This document shows positions 38,123-48,313 of a stretch of 64,000 bases of DNA, in pieces. The DNA comes from Eledone cirrhosa (Eukaryota). The notes beneath the pieces were generated by a model. That model was not told where the DNA came from. It ran no database searches and saw only the letters and a list, made by a program, of their open reading frames with translations. The DNA lies in contig OZ024741.1 in NCBI GenBank assembly GCA_964016885.1, positions 384,152,001 through 384,216,000 of the forward strand. The letters are read 5' to 3'. Each line of letters opens with the position of its first letter. Position 1 is the first letter of the stretch. A program made the translations under genes and the position numbers.

Positions 38123-38390
38123 TGGCAGCACGTGGCCTAGTGGTAAGGGGTGTTGGACTTACGATCATAATGTCGTGGGTTTGATTCCTGAGCTGCGTGT
38201 TGTGTTCTTGAGCAAAATACTTTATTTCACATTGCTCCAGTATACTCAGCTGAAAATGAGTACCAGCAATAACAGGAGGTTTAACCCTGCGATGGACTAG
38301 CGTCCTGTCCAGGGCGGGGGGGGGGAGTCTTGTACTCTCAGTCGCTTCACGCCATGAAACCGGGATAAATACTTGCCAAATGAGACAGAC
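38123..38390 (+). mobile_element. tRNA-derived SINE, family 2
   Basis: A box tggcctagtggt, B box gggtttgattcct, then gtgttcttgagcaaaatacttt...cctgcgatggactagcgtcctgtccagg. Confidence 0.8.
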
Positions 38391-38392
38391 TT

Positions 38393-38463
<71 letters not shown>

Positions 38464-38789
38464 TAAAATAAAATATTAGTGTTTAAGCAAAGAATCGTTG
38501 TTTTCACCCTTAACAGGATCTTCGTAAAGGTTGAAAGCAGCGATTCTTTGCTTAAAATTTAATCTGTTATTTTAATAAATATTTGCTATGTGGTTTTATA
38601 TATTTTATATATATATTATCCTTATCGAGCCCTCTTCGGGTTTTAGTCTTCACCTTCATTATTATTACTATATATATATATATATATATATATCCAAAAT
38701 TAAATTAAGGGTTGTCATGTCTGAGAGACATGTGCCATATCCACTGCAGAATAAGCTCAAAGATTCCAATGAATAGATCCGACCATTTT

Positions 38790-39140
38790 ATATCAACTAG
38801 AAATAGATTGACATATATATATATAAAATAAACATATGAAACAATCACAGGGAATAATTTGTAAAGAATGTAAGCACACATAGCTAGGTAGGTAACTAAT
38901 TAAAATTTAGATACCTTTTAAAATGATTAATCTCCTTTGTATATATTTCTTTAAATAAAAAATATATTTCACCAATTAATCATTTTAAAAGGTATCTATA
39001 TTTGAAGTTCTAGTTAAACTTTAATTAGTTACCTACCTAGTTATGTGTGCTTACATTCTTTACATATTATTCCCTGTGATTGTTTCATATGTTTATTTTA
39101 TATATATATATATATATGTCAATCTATTTCTAGTTGATAT
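38790..39140. repeat. Fold-back (inverted repeat) element
   Basis: About 38790-38905 pairs with 39020-39140, and about 38908-38931 pairs with 38975-38998. Confidence 0.85.
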
Positions 39141-39257
39141 ATATATATATATATATGAATATAGACATAGAATATTCGAAAATATTCTGTATGTTTATAA
39201 TAAACATTTTGAAGACCTAATCGCTATAGAATAGAATACGTCACGTATTACAATTAG

Positions 39258-39346
39258 ATTCTCGATAAAAGCAAGGGAAGTAATCTACGCGTTTCATTCT
39301 TGTTAGAAATCATCAGGACTACATATCCAGTGCTTTTATCGAGAAT
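39258..39346 (-). ncRNA. Type I hammerhead ribozyme, left-arm copy (also at +310 steps up to 40808-40896)
   Basis: Reverse complement of 41148-41236. Confidence 0.88.
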
Positions 39347-41147
39347 GACACAGCTAGAGACTTATAGAATACTTAGCTGTGTACAGGAACTGGTTTGAAA
39401 GAGCGGTTGCCGGTCCGGCAGAAATTAGAAATTGGAATAAATGCTCTGAAATAGCGATATATATGTGAATATAGACATAGAATATTCGAAAATATTCTGT
39501 ATGTTTATAATAAACATTTTGAAGACCTAATCGCTATAGAATAGAATACGTCACGTATTACAATTAGATTCTCGATAAAAGCAAGGGAAGTAATCTACGC
39601 GTTTCATTCTTGTTAGAAATCATCAGGACTACATATCCAGTGCTTTTATCGAGAATGACACAGCTAGAGACTTATAGAATACTTAGCTGTGTACAGGAAC
39701 TGGTTTGAAAGAGCGGTTGCCGGTCCGGCAGAAATTAGAAATTGGAATAAATGCTCTGAAATAGCGATATATATGTGAATATAGACATAGAATATTCGAA
39801 AATATTCTGTATGTTTATAATAAACATTTTGAAGACCTAATCGCTATAGAATAGAATACGTCACGTATTACAATTAGATTCTCGATAAAAGCAAGGGAAG
39901 TAATCTACGCGTTTCATTCTTGTTAGAAATCATCAGGACTACATATCCAGTGCTTTTATCGAGAATGACACAGCTAGAGACTTATAGAATACTTAGCTGT
40001 GTACAGGAACTGGTTTGAAAGAGCGGTTGCCGGTCCGGCAGAAATTAGAAATTGGAATAAATGCTCTGAAATAGCGATATATATGTGAATATAGACATAG
40101 AATATTCGAAAATATTCTGTATGTTTATAATAAACATTTTGAAGACCTAATCGCTATAGAATAGAATACGTCACGTATTACAATTAGATTCTCGATAAAA
40201 GCAAGGGAAGTAATCTACGCGTTTCATTCTTGTTAGAAATCATCAGGACTACATATCCAGTGCTTTTATCGAGAATGACACAGCTAGAGACTTATAGAAT
40301 ACTTAGCTGTGTACAGGAACTGGTTTGAAAGAGCGGTTGCCGGTCCGGCAGAAATTAGAAATTGGAATAAATGCTCTGAAATAGCGATATATATGTGAAT
40401 ATAGACATAGAATATTCGAAAATATTCTGTATGTTTATAATAAACATTTTGAAGACCTAATCGCTATAGAATAGAATACGTCACGTATTACAATTAGATT
40501 CTCGATAAAAGCAAGGGAAGTAATCTACGCGTTTCATTCTTGTTAGAAATCATCAGGACTACATATCCAGTGCTTTTATCGAGAATGACACAGCTAGAGA
40601 CTTATAGAATACTTAGCTGTGTACAGGAACTGGTTTGAAAGAGCGGTTGCCGGTCCGGCAGAAATTAGAAATTGGAATAAATGCTCTGAAATAGCGATAT
40701 ATATGTGAATATAGACATAGAATATTCGAAAATATTCTGTATGTTTATAATAAACATTTTGAAGACCTAATCGCTATAGAATAGAATACGTCACGTATTA
40801 CAATTAGATTCTCGATAAAAGCAAGGGAAGTAATCTACGCGTTTCATTCTTGTTAGAAATCATCAGGACTACATATCCAGTGCTTTTATCGAGAATGACA
40901 CAGCTAGAGACTTATAGAATACTTAGCTGTGTACAGGAACTGGTTTGAAAGAGCGGTTGCCGGTCCGGCAGAAATTAGAAATTGGAATAAATGCTCTGAA
41001 ATAGCGATATATATGTGGTCTATATTCACATATATATCGCTATTTCAGAGCATTTATTCCAATTTCTAATTTCTGCCGGACCGGCAACCGCTCTTTCAAA
41101 CCAGTTCCTGTACACAGCTAAGTATTCTATAAGTCTCTAGCTGTGTC

Positions 41148-41236
41148 ATTCTCGATAAAAGCACTGGATATGTAGTCCTGATGATTTCTAACAAGAATGA
41201 AACGCGTAGATTACTTCCCTTGCTTTTATCGAGAAT
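41148..41236 (+). ncRNA. Type I hammerhead ribozyme, right-arm copy (also at +310 steps up to 43008-43096)
   Basis: attctcgataaaagca-ctggatat-gtagtc-CTGATGA-t-ttct/aaca/agaa-t-GAAA-cgcg-TA-gattac-ttccct-tgcttttatcgagaat. The predicted cleavage is after GUA at 41208. Confidence 0.9.
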
Positions 41237-43227
41237 CTAATTGTAATACGTGACGTATTCTATTCTATAGCGATTAGGTCTTCAAAATGTTTATTATAAA
41301 CATACAGAATATTTTCGAATATTCTATGTCTATATTCACATATATATCGCTATTTCAGAGCATTTATTCCAATTTCTAATTTCTGCCGGACCGGCAACCG
41401 CTCTTTCAAACCAGTTCCTGTACACAGCTAAGTATTCTATAAGTCTCTAGCTGTGTCATTCTCGATAAAAGCACTGGATATGTAGTCCTGATGATTTCTA
41501 ACAAGAATGAAACGCGTAGATTACTTCCCTTGCTTTTATCGAGAATCTAATTGTAATACGTGACGTATTCTATTCTATAGCGATTAGGTCTTCAAAATGT
41601 TTATTATAAACATACAGAATATTTTCGAATATTCTATGTCTATATTCACATATATATCGCTATTTCAGAGCATTTATTCCAATTTCTAATTTCTGCCGGA
41701 CCGGCAACCGCTCTTTCAAACCAGTTCCTGTACACAGCTAAGTATTCTATAAGTCTCTAGCTGTGTCATTCTCGATAAAAGCACTGGATATGTAGTCCTG
41801 ATGATTTCTAACAAGAATGAAACGCGTAGATTACTTCCCTTGCTTTTATCGAGAATCTAATTGTAATACGTGACGTATTCTATTCTATAGCGATTAGGTC
41901 TTCAAAATGTTTATTATAAACATACAGAATATTTTCGAATATTCTATGTCTATATTCACATATATATCGCTATTTCAGAGCATTTATTCCAATTTCTAAT
42001 TTCTGCCGGACCGGCAACCGCTCTTTCAAACCAGTTCCTGTACACAGCTAAGTATTCTATAAGTCTCTAGCTGTGTCATTCTCGATAAAAGCACTGGATA
42101 TGTAGTCCTGATGATTTCTAACAAGAATGAAACGCGTAGATTACTTCCCTTGCTTTTATCGAGAATCTAATTGTAATACGTGACGTATTCTATTCTATAG
42201 CGATTAGGTCTTCAAAATGTTTATTATAAACATACAGAATATTTTCGAATATTCCATGTCTATATTCACATATATATCGCTATTTCAGAGCATTTATTCC
42301 AATTTCTAATTTCTGCCGGACCGGCAACCGCTCTTTCAAACCAGTTCCTGTACACAGCTAAGTATTCTATAAGTCTCTAGCTGTGTCATTCTCGATAAAA
42401 GCACTGGATATGTAGTCCTGATGATTTCTAACAAGAATGAAACGCGTAGATTACTTCCCTTGCTTTTATCGAGAATCTAATTGTAATACGTGACGTATTC
42501 TATTCTATAGCGATTAGGTCTTCAAAATGTTTATTATAAACATACAGAATATTTTCGAATATTCTATGTCTATATTCACATATATATCGCTATTTCAGAG
42601 CATTTATTCCAATTTCTAATTTCTGCCGGACCGGCAACCGCTCTTTCAAACCAGTTCCTGTACACAGCTAAGTATTCTATAAGTCTCTAGCTGTGTCATT
42701 CTCGATAAAAGCACTGGATATGTAGTCCTGATGATTTCTAACAAGAATGAAACGCGTAGATTACTTCCCTTGCTTTTATCGAGAATCTAATTGTAATACG
42801 TGACGTATTCTATTCTATAGCGATTAGGTCTTGAAAATGTTTATTATAAACATACAGAATATTTTCGAATATTCTATGTCTATATTCACATATATATCGC
42901 TATTTCAGAGCATTTATTCCAATTTCTAATTTCTGCCGGACCGGCAACCGCTCTTTCAAACCAGTTCCTGTACACAGCTAAGTATTCTATAAGTCTCTAG
43001 CTGTGTCATTCTCGATAAAAGCACTGGATATGTAGTCCTGATGATTTCTAACAAGAATGAAACGCGTAGATTACTTCCCTTGCTTTTATCGAGAATCTAA
43101 TTGTAATACGTGACGTATTCTATTCTATAGCGATTAGGTCTTCAAAATGTTTATTATAAACATACAGAATATTTTCGAATATTCTATGTCTATATTCACA
43201 TATATATCGCTATTTCAGAGCATTTAT

Positions 43228-43268
<41 letters not shown>

Positions 43269-43482
43269 CGCCTTGAAATTCTTCTCCACCAACTGGAAGA
43301 ATTCTCTTCCCGTTTTCCCATTTGTATACCCCACCTCCTACCTCACCCCTTCCCACGTTTCCACCCTCACCCCCTTTAATCAACTTCATGAGATCTGCTC
43401 CTTAAAGTAGAGTACCCCACCACTATCCCCCCCTCCAACCACAAGAAAACCTATAAGTATCAATAACTCTCTATGTCAATCA

Positions 43483-43532
43483 GCATTCCTGATGATTTCA
43501 TACAAATGAAACAGTCCTAGCCCTGTAGAAGC
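43483..43532 (+). ncRNA. Type I hammerhead in a pLTR-like piece (43266-43622)
   Basis: gc(a)ttc-CTGATGA-tttcatacaaat-GAAA-cag/tcctagcc/ctg-TA-gaagc. Same family as 17330-17543. Confidence 0.7.
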
Positions 43533-43622
43533 CATTTCTATATGAAATAATGATTTCTACCCTCTACTAATATATTGAGTACCTTTTTTAATGTGGTACT
43601 CACGATTTCACTCGTGATCTCC

Positions 43623-43655
<33 letters not shown>

Positions 43656-43747
43656 CGTGTGTGTATACACATATATATCCTAACACAATATATATATTAT
43701 CTGTTATATGTATATAGAGAGAGAGGGGGGAGAGAGGGGGAGAGAGA

Positions 43748-43897
43748 GATAAATGGCTTCTACAGGACTAGAACTGTTTCCTTCGAATATGAATCAGTTC
43801 TAGTCATGAGGAGGCCATTTCTATATTAAATCTTGTATATACTCTATGTATTTAGTACCTTACTTACTGTGGTTACTCCCGATTGAACCCGGGACTC
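43748..43897 (+). mobile_element. Solo fold-back pLTR of the 17330/43483 HHR family
   Basis: aaatggcttctacaggactagaactgtttc...cagttctagtcatgaggaggccattt forms a palindrome, followed by gtaccttacttactgtgg...gattgaacccggga. Confidence 0.65.
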
Positions 43898-43915
43898 ACA
43901 CACACACACGCACAC

Positions 43916-43953
<38 letters not shown>

Positions 43954-44536
43954 TTCAGAGAGCTAATACCGCTGTTAGCCACAAGGGTTTTTTCTCTAAA
44001 AGAGAAAGGCAGATTGTATGATGTTTGTATACGAACGGTGATATTACATAGTAGTGAGACCTGGGCGTTGTGTGCTGAAGACTTGCATAGATTAGAATGA
44101 AATGAAGCTTACATGCTCCGACGAATGTGTAATAGTAATGTGCGCGAACGGCGAAGCATAGACGAATTGAGAGAGAGACTAAGCATAAGAGGTATCAAAT
44201 GTTGTGTTCTGGAGAGTGGGACGACAGCTGTATAAAAAGTGCAGAGCAATGAAAATTGATGGAAGCTACGGAGTGGGTAGACCAAGAAAAACCTGGGACG
44301 GGGTGATAAAAACTGACCTTACTCACTTACTCCTCTCTAAGACAATGTCACTGAATTGAGATCTTTGGCGCTATGCAGTTGTACACTTGCATACAAACCT
44401 ACAGTCAGTAGGCACTTCTTAACCCAATATACACCCCACCCCACACACCGTACCCCAACCTCCCTTTTCCGTCCACTGTGTCGGTGACACACAGATAGAT
44501 AGATAGACAGACAGGCAGACAGACATATAGATAGAG

Positions 44537-44592
<56 letters not shown>

Positions 44593-44825
44593 TTCTTTAT
44601 TAGCCACAAGGGCGCAACAAGAAAGGGGACAATACAAAGACATGCCGGGGATTTTACATACAGTCGTGTAAAAAATATAAAAACAAACAATTTCAACAAT
44701 CGAAATCCCCAATAGGGGGGAGGCGCCACAAATGGGTTGTTTAATACCCCGTCGATAGAACAACCCTCAACTCAAGGAGCGTGTTGTGCAAGTGCTCCTT
44801 TCTTCCTTTTGCTCTCTTCCTCAAC

Positions 44826-47800
44826 CTACAGGCTTATAAACAGAGAAGGCCCAATCACTCGGGCCATTTTCGCTTCATTCACCCACCTTTCAGTAAATTT
44901 ACTGGGGTGCAGTGCCTCTCTCTCCACCCTGATTCTCCTTCTAAAGTGATACTTAAAGAATGGAATCAATTGTTGTCCGGAGAGAAAGGCATCTGTCCTC
45001 AGTCCTCTCAACCTCGTCCACCATATAACTTCTTTCACCATAGCCACCGTACAGAGGAAAACCGCCTCTCTTTCGTTTTTGAAAGAGTCTGGCGGTTTGA
45101 TTCTTACTATGGACTCGGCAGTCAACTGTATTTGTCCCATACGCGACAGCAGTTGTTCTGCATAGTTCCACAGGTCGCTTACGCCCGGGCAGTGTACAAT
45201 TGCGTGCAGAACTGTTTCAATGTCCTGCGCACATCTTGGACACGTCCTCTTGGAAGGATCCCTGCCAGGGCGTCCGTGCCTGTAGATCTTGTCACGAACC
45301 GGTAGAGCTCCTCGGTAGCACTGCCAGGCCAGGGACCTCTGGAAGTTGTCCATAGGTCCCGGGCGGAAAGTCCTACCAAACATACTGGTGAGCTCATCGT
45401 CTTCGACGCCCAGAGTCTCTCCGAGCACGTCGTCGCCCTTGTAACGTACAATCCCTCTATAGAATGTCGAAGTGGAGTCTCCACTGATTGCTGCGCCCGC
45501 TTGCCAGAGGACTGTGAGCGCCTGAGCGCATTCAATGTGCCAGGCGCCCATCGTTTTCGGTCTTTTCTTCACCCAGGACTGCAGCTCCGTTAGCGAGACG
45601 AGCTGTGGGAAAGCCTGTCTCATAAACGGTGCCCACACCGGTTGGGGGTCGGTGAGGAATACCTGGAGATGCCGCAGCCTCAGCGCATGTTTGCGCATCA
45701 TCAGCCACGGCATTCCCAGCCCTCCGTTGGAAGGGTGCTGACAGCAGACGGATCTCCTCACCAGCGGAGCCTGCTTCTTCCACAGAAACTGGAAGAGCAT
45801 GCGTTCCATCTTGGCGAGGTGTTCACGGGGACAAGGCACGACAGTCAAGCGGTAGTAGATGACGGACGCTATGAAAGTGTTCGCCACCTCCGCTCGACCT
45901 TTCAAGGACAGTTTGCACTCTGCCCACTTCTGAGTGAGTGCAAACACCTTGGCCGTGACCTCGTTCCAGTTTTTCTCCACCTGGAGGTCTGGACCGAACC
46001 AGACCCCGAGCAATTTCACCGGTCCGTCCGTCCAGCGTCCAACGACGCTGTCGGATGTCATCGGTTTGCCTCTCCACGTACCGAGTTGCAAACCGACAGA
46101 CTTGTCTGGGTTTAGTTTTGCTCCCGTCAGCGTTTCGTATTCTTTCAGTATGTTGCCGATCACCCCGATTTCCGAGGTGCTCGACACCATGACTGTCACG
46201 TCGTCGGCATAAGCCGACGCCGCTTTGCGCAGTCCCGGTTCTAGGGGGATGCCCTGCAACAGCTCCAATTTCCGCAGTAGTGGCTCTAGAGCCAATACAT
46301 ACAGAATGGAGGAGAGAGGGCATCCCTGTCGAATGGAACGCGTGATTGCGAACGGCTCCGATAGGTAGCCGTTCACCTTAACCCTCGAGCAGATGCTGGT
46401 GTGCATCGCCTCGATCCATCCTCTGAACACGGGACCGAAACCGGCCGCCTTGAGAACCGCTTCCAAGTATCGATGGTCGACCCTATCGAATGCCTTAGAC
46501 TGATCCAAGTTGATCAGAGTCCCACCGAAGCCGGGTTTACTACCCACCCTCTCTATGATGTATCGCATGAGGTGGAGGTTGTCGTGTATGGACCTGGTCG
46601 GGATTGCACACGTTTGCGCTTTCTCTACCAGGTTCTCGACGACAAGCGCCAACCTCGTCGCTAGCACCTTGGCCAAAATCTTTAACTCTGTGTTGAGCAG
46701 AGTTATGGGCCTGAAGTTGTTAATTTCGTCCCCCTTGTTCTCGTCTTTCCTGATCAGCGTTACTACGCCCTTGCCTGCAGAACTGGGAATTCTCCCGTTC
46801 TGCTGCCAATTGCAGTAGACGGCTTCGAGGATGCCAGAGAACAAGTCCGGCATGCCTATGTAAAATTCGTAGGGTAGACCATCTAGACCGGGTGACTTGC
46901 GTTTCCCGCAGCGGCCCAGAGCGTCCCGTATCTCAGTGTCCGTGATCGGTCTTTCGCAGAACTCGGCGTCCGTGTTCGAGAGACGCGGCAGGCCGTCGAG
47001 GTATGAACTAAAGTCCATTGCCCCGTTCGGCTCACCGTCGTTCTGCTCAAACAGTCGCGCAAAGTGCCGCTGAAAGGCCGCGCACATTTGCTTGGGGTCA
47101 AGTAGCATGCGTCCGTTTTGGTCTTTCAAAGACCGAATCGTGGACTTGTTGCCACTTTTTGCCTCCGCCACTCGGGCCCAGCTGACAGCTTTCGCTCCTT
47201 CGTTTCCTAGAGCACGTGTTTTGCTTCTGACCACGCAGCCTTCGTGTTTCGCATCGAAGAACTGGTCCAGTGCCGTTCTCGACGCTAACACTCTAGCCGC
47301 GTTGCCACTTCTAAGTGCCTCCTCTACCTTGGCTACTAGTTCTCTTTCTATTCTGTTTTTCTCTAAGGCTAACTCTCTGCTATACCCTATCGATTCTATT
47401 CTAATTGCTTTCTTGAGAGAGTACCACCATCTATTGTTGACGATGGCTCCCGTTAACTGTTGCTTGACTAGTTTACTTATCCGTTCACTGTAAGCTTTAC
47501 GTGCCGGCAACGACACGTTCAGCTTCCAGTATCCGGGACCCTGTCTATGTATTCTATCACGGTTGACTAAGCAGACGACTAACTTGTGATCTGAATAGGC
47601 AACCATGTGCATTCGTGGACAGCTTAACATATCCTTGTCCCTTTCTCTAATGAAGAACCTATCTAAATACGATCTAGATGTCCCACTGTGGTTTACCCAC
47701 GTCCACTGTGGTGCAGTCGGGAAATCCAGTCGATACCTATCGGCCAGTTGGAATTGGCCGATTAAAGTTTTGAGGCTGTTGCACCCCGCTCTACTGGGAC

Positions 47801-48272
47801 ATGCTCCCACATAGTCCCATCGTGCATCTAGGATACCATTCCAGTCCCCCACTAAAAGTAAGGAGCGAGACGTTCCCAGAAAAGACTCTAGACGCTTAAA
47901 GAAGTCTGGCCGTGATTGCGATTGCCCGGTCGGGGCATAAACGGCCACCAGTCTGAAGGCTCCACCTCCGATACTGTTCACGTCTAGGACTACCAGTCTA
48001 CCCTCCGGGTCCAAGTGTACTTGCTGTACTCCGACGTCCAGGTTCTTCCGAAACATAACAGCCACTCCACCTCCACCTCCTGGCTGACAGAGAGATGCGT
48101 AGATCTCAAAGTCGTCGAAGATGGGGGTTAGTTGCTGCCTGTTGTGGATTCTGGACTCGGTGATGGCTATCACATCCATACTGTGTGACCTAAGGTCGTT
48201 TAAAAGTTGGCCCTGTTTCCAGGGCATCCCTAGCCCACGCACATTCACGGTTCCAACTCGTAAACCAGCCAT
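44826..48272 (-). CDS. LINE ORF2: APE endonuclease, reverse transcriptase, C-terminal CCHC finger (1148 aa, intact)
   Basis: TVNVRGL, ITESR, VYAP, GDWNG, SYLD, YSDHK, YWKLN, KSPGLDGLP, FRPITLLN, LDQSKAFDRV, RQGCPLS, YADD, LLGVWF, CPRC..ETVLHAIVHC. Confidence 0.96.
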   Translation of the reverse strand: MAGLRVGTVNVRGLGMPWKQGQLLNDLRSHSMDVIAITESRIHNRQQLTPIFDDFEIYASLCQPGGGGGVAVMFRKNLDVGVQQVHLDPEGRLVVLDVNSIGGGAFRLVAVYAPTGQSQSRPDFFKRLESFLGTSRSLLLVGDWNGILDARWDYVGACPSRAGCNSLKTLIGQFQLADRYRLDFPTAPQWTWVNHSGTSRSYLDRFFIRERDKDMLSCPRMHMVAYSDHKLVVCLVNRDRIHRQGPGYWKLNVSLPARKAYSERISKLVKQQLTGAIVNNRWWYSLKKAIRIESIGYSRELALEKNRIERELVAKVEEALRSGNAARVLASRTALDQFFDAKHEGCVVRSKTRALGNEGAKAVSWARVAEAKSGNKSTIRSLKDQNGRMLLDPKQMCAAFQRHFARLFEQNDGEPNGAMDFSSYLDGLPRLSNTDAEFCERPITDTEIRDALGRCGKRKSPGLDGLPYEFYIGMPDLFSGILEAVYCNWQQNGRIPSSAGKGVVTLIRKDENKGDEINNFRPITLLNTELKILAKVLATRLALVVENLVEKAQTCAIPTRSIHDNLHLMRYIIERVGSKPGFGGTLINLDQSKAFDRVDHRYLEAVLKAAGFGPVFRGWIEAMHTSICSRVKVNGYLSEPFAITRSIRQGCPLSSILYVLALEPLLRKLELLQGIPLEPGLRKAASAYADDVTVMVSSTSEIGVIGNILKEYETLTGAKLNPDKSVGLQLGTWRGKPMTSDSVVGRWTDGPVKLLGVWFGPDLQVEKNWNEVTAKVFALTQKWAECKLSLKGRAEVANTFIASVIYYRLTVVPCPREHLAKMERMLFQFLWKKQAPLVRRSVCCQHPSNGGLGMPWLMMRKHALRLRHLQVFLTDPQPVWAPFMRQAFPQLVSLTELQSWVKKRPKTMGAWHIECAQALTVLWQAGAAISGDSTSTFYRGIVRYKGDDVLGETLGVEDDELTSMFGRTFRPGPMDNFQRSLAWQCYRGALPVRDKIYRHGRPGRDPSKRTCPRCAQDIETVLHAIVHCPGVSDLWNYAEQLLSRMGQIQLTAESIVRIKPPDSFKNEREAVFLCTVAMVKEVIWWTRLRGLRTDAFLSGQQLIPFFKYHFRRRIRVEREALHPSKFTERWVNEAKMARVIGPSLFISL

Positions 48273-48313
48273 GTTGGTGAAGAAAAGTTGGAGAAAAAGG
48301 ACGAAAGGTGCAC

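Larger units (their letters stand above)
39157..43233. mobile_element. Retrozyme-like array of 310-bp hammerhead-containing monomers, 6 on the minus strand and 7.15 on the plus strand, arranged as a fold-back
   Basis: Exact 310-bp period (atagacatag at 39161, 39471, 39781, 40091, 40401, 40711). The inversion is at 41017/41018. The right arm has period 310 to 43233. There is no ORF, and (TA)n lies at both ends. Confidence 0.9.

Noticed and set aside
38123-38200. True tRNA gene (also the other SINE heads)
   Set aside because: A and B boxes are present, but there is no proper cloverleaf and it continues into a multi-copy SINE body.
39157-43233. CRISPR array or plain satellite
   Set aside because: There are no unique spacers or cas genes and the context is eukaryotic. 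The complete ribozyme in each unit argues against a featureless satellite.
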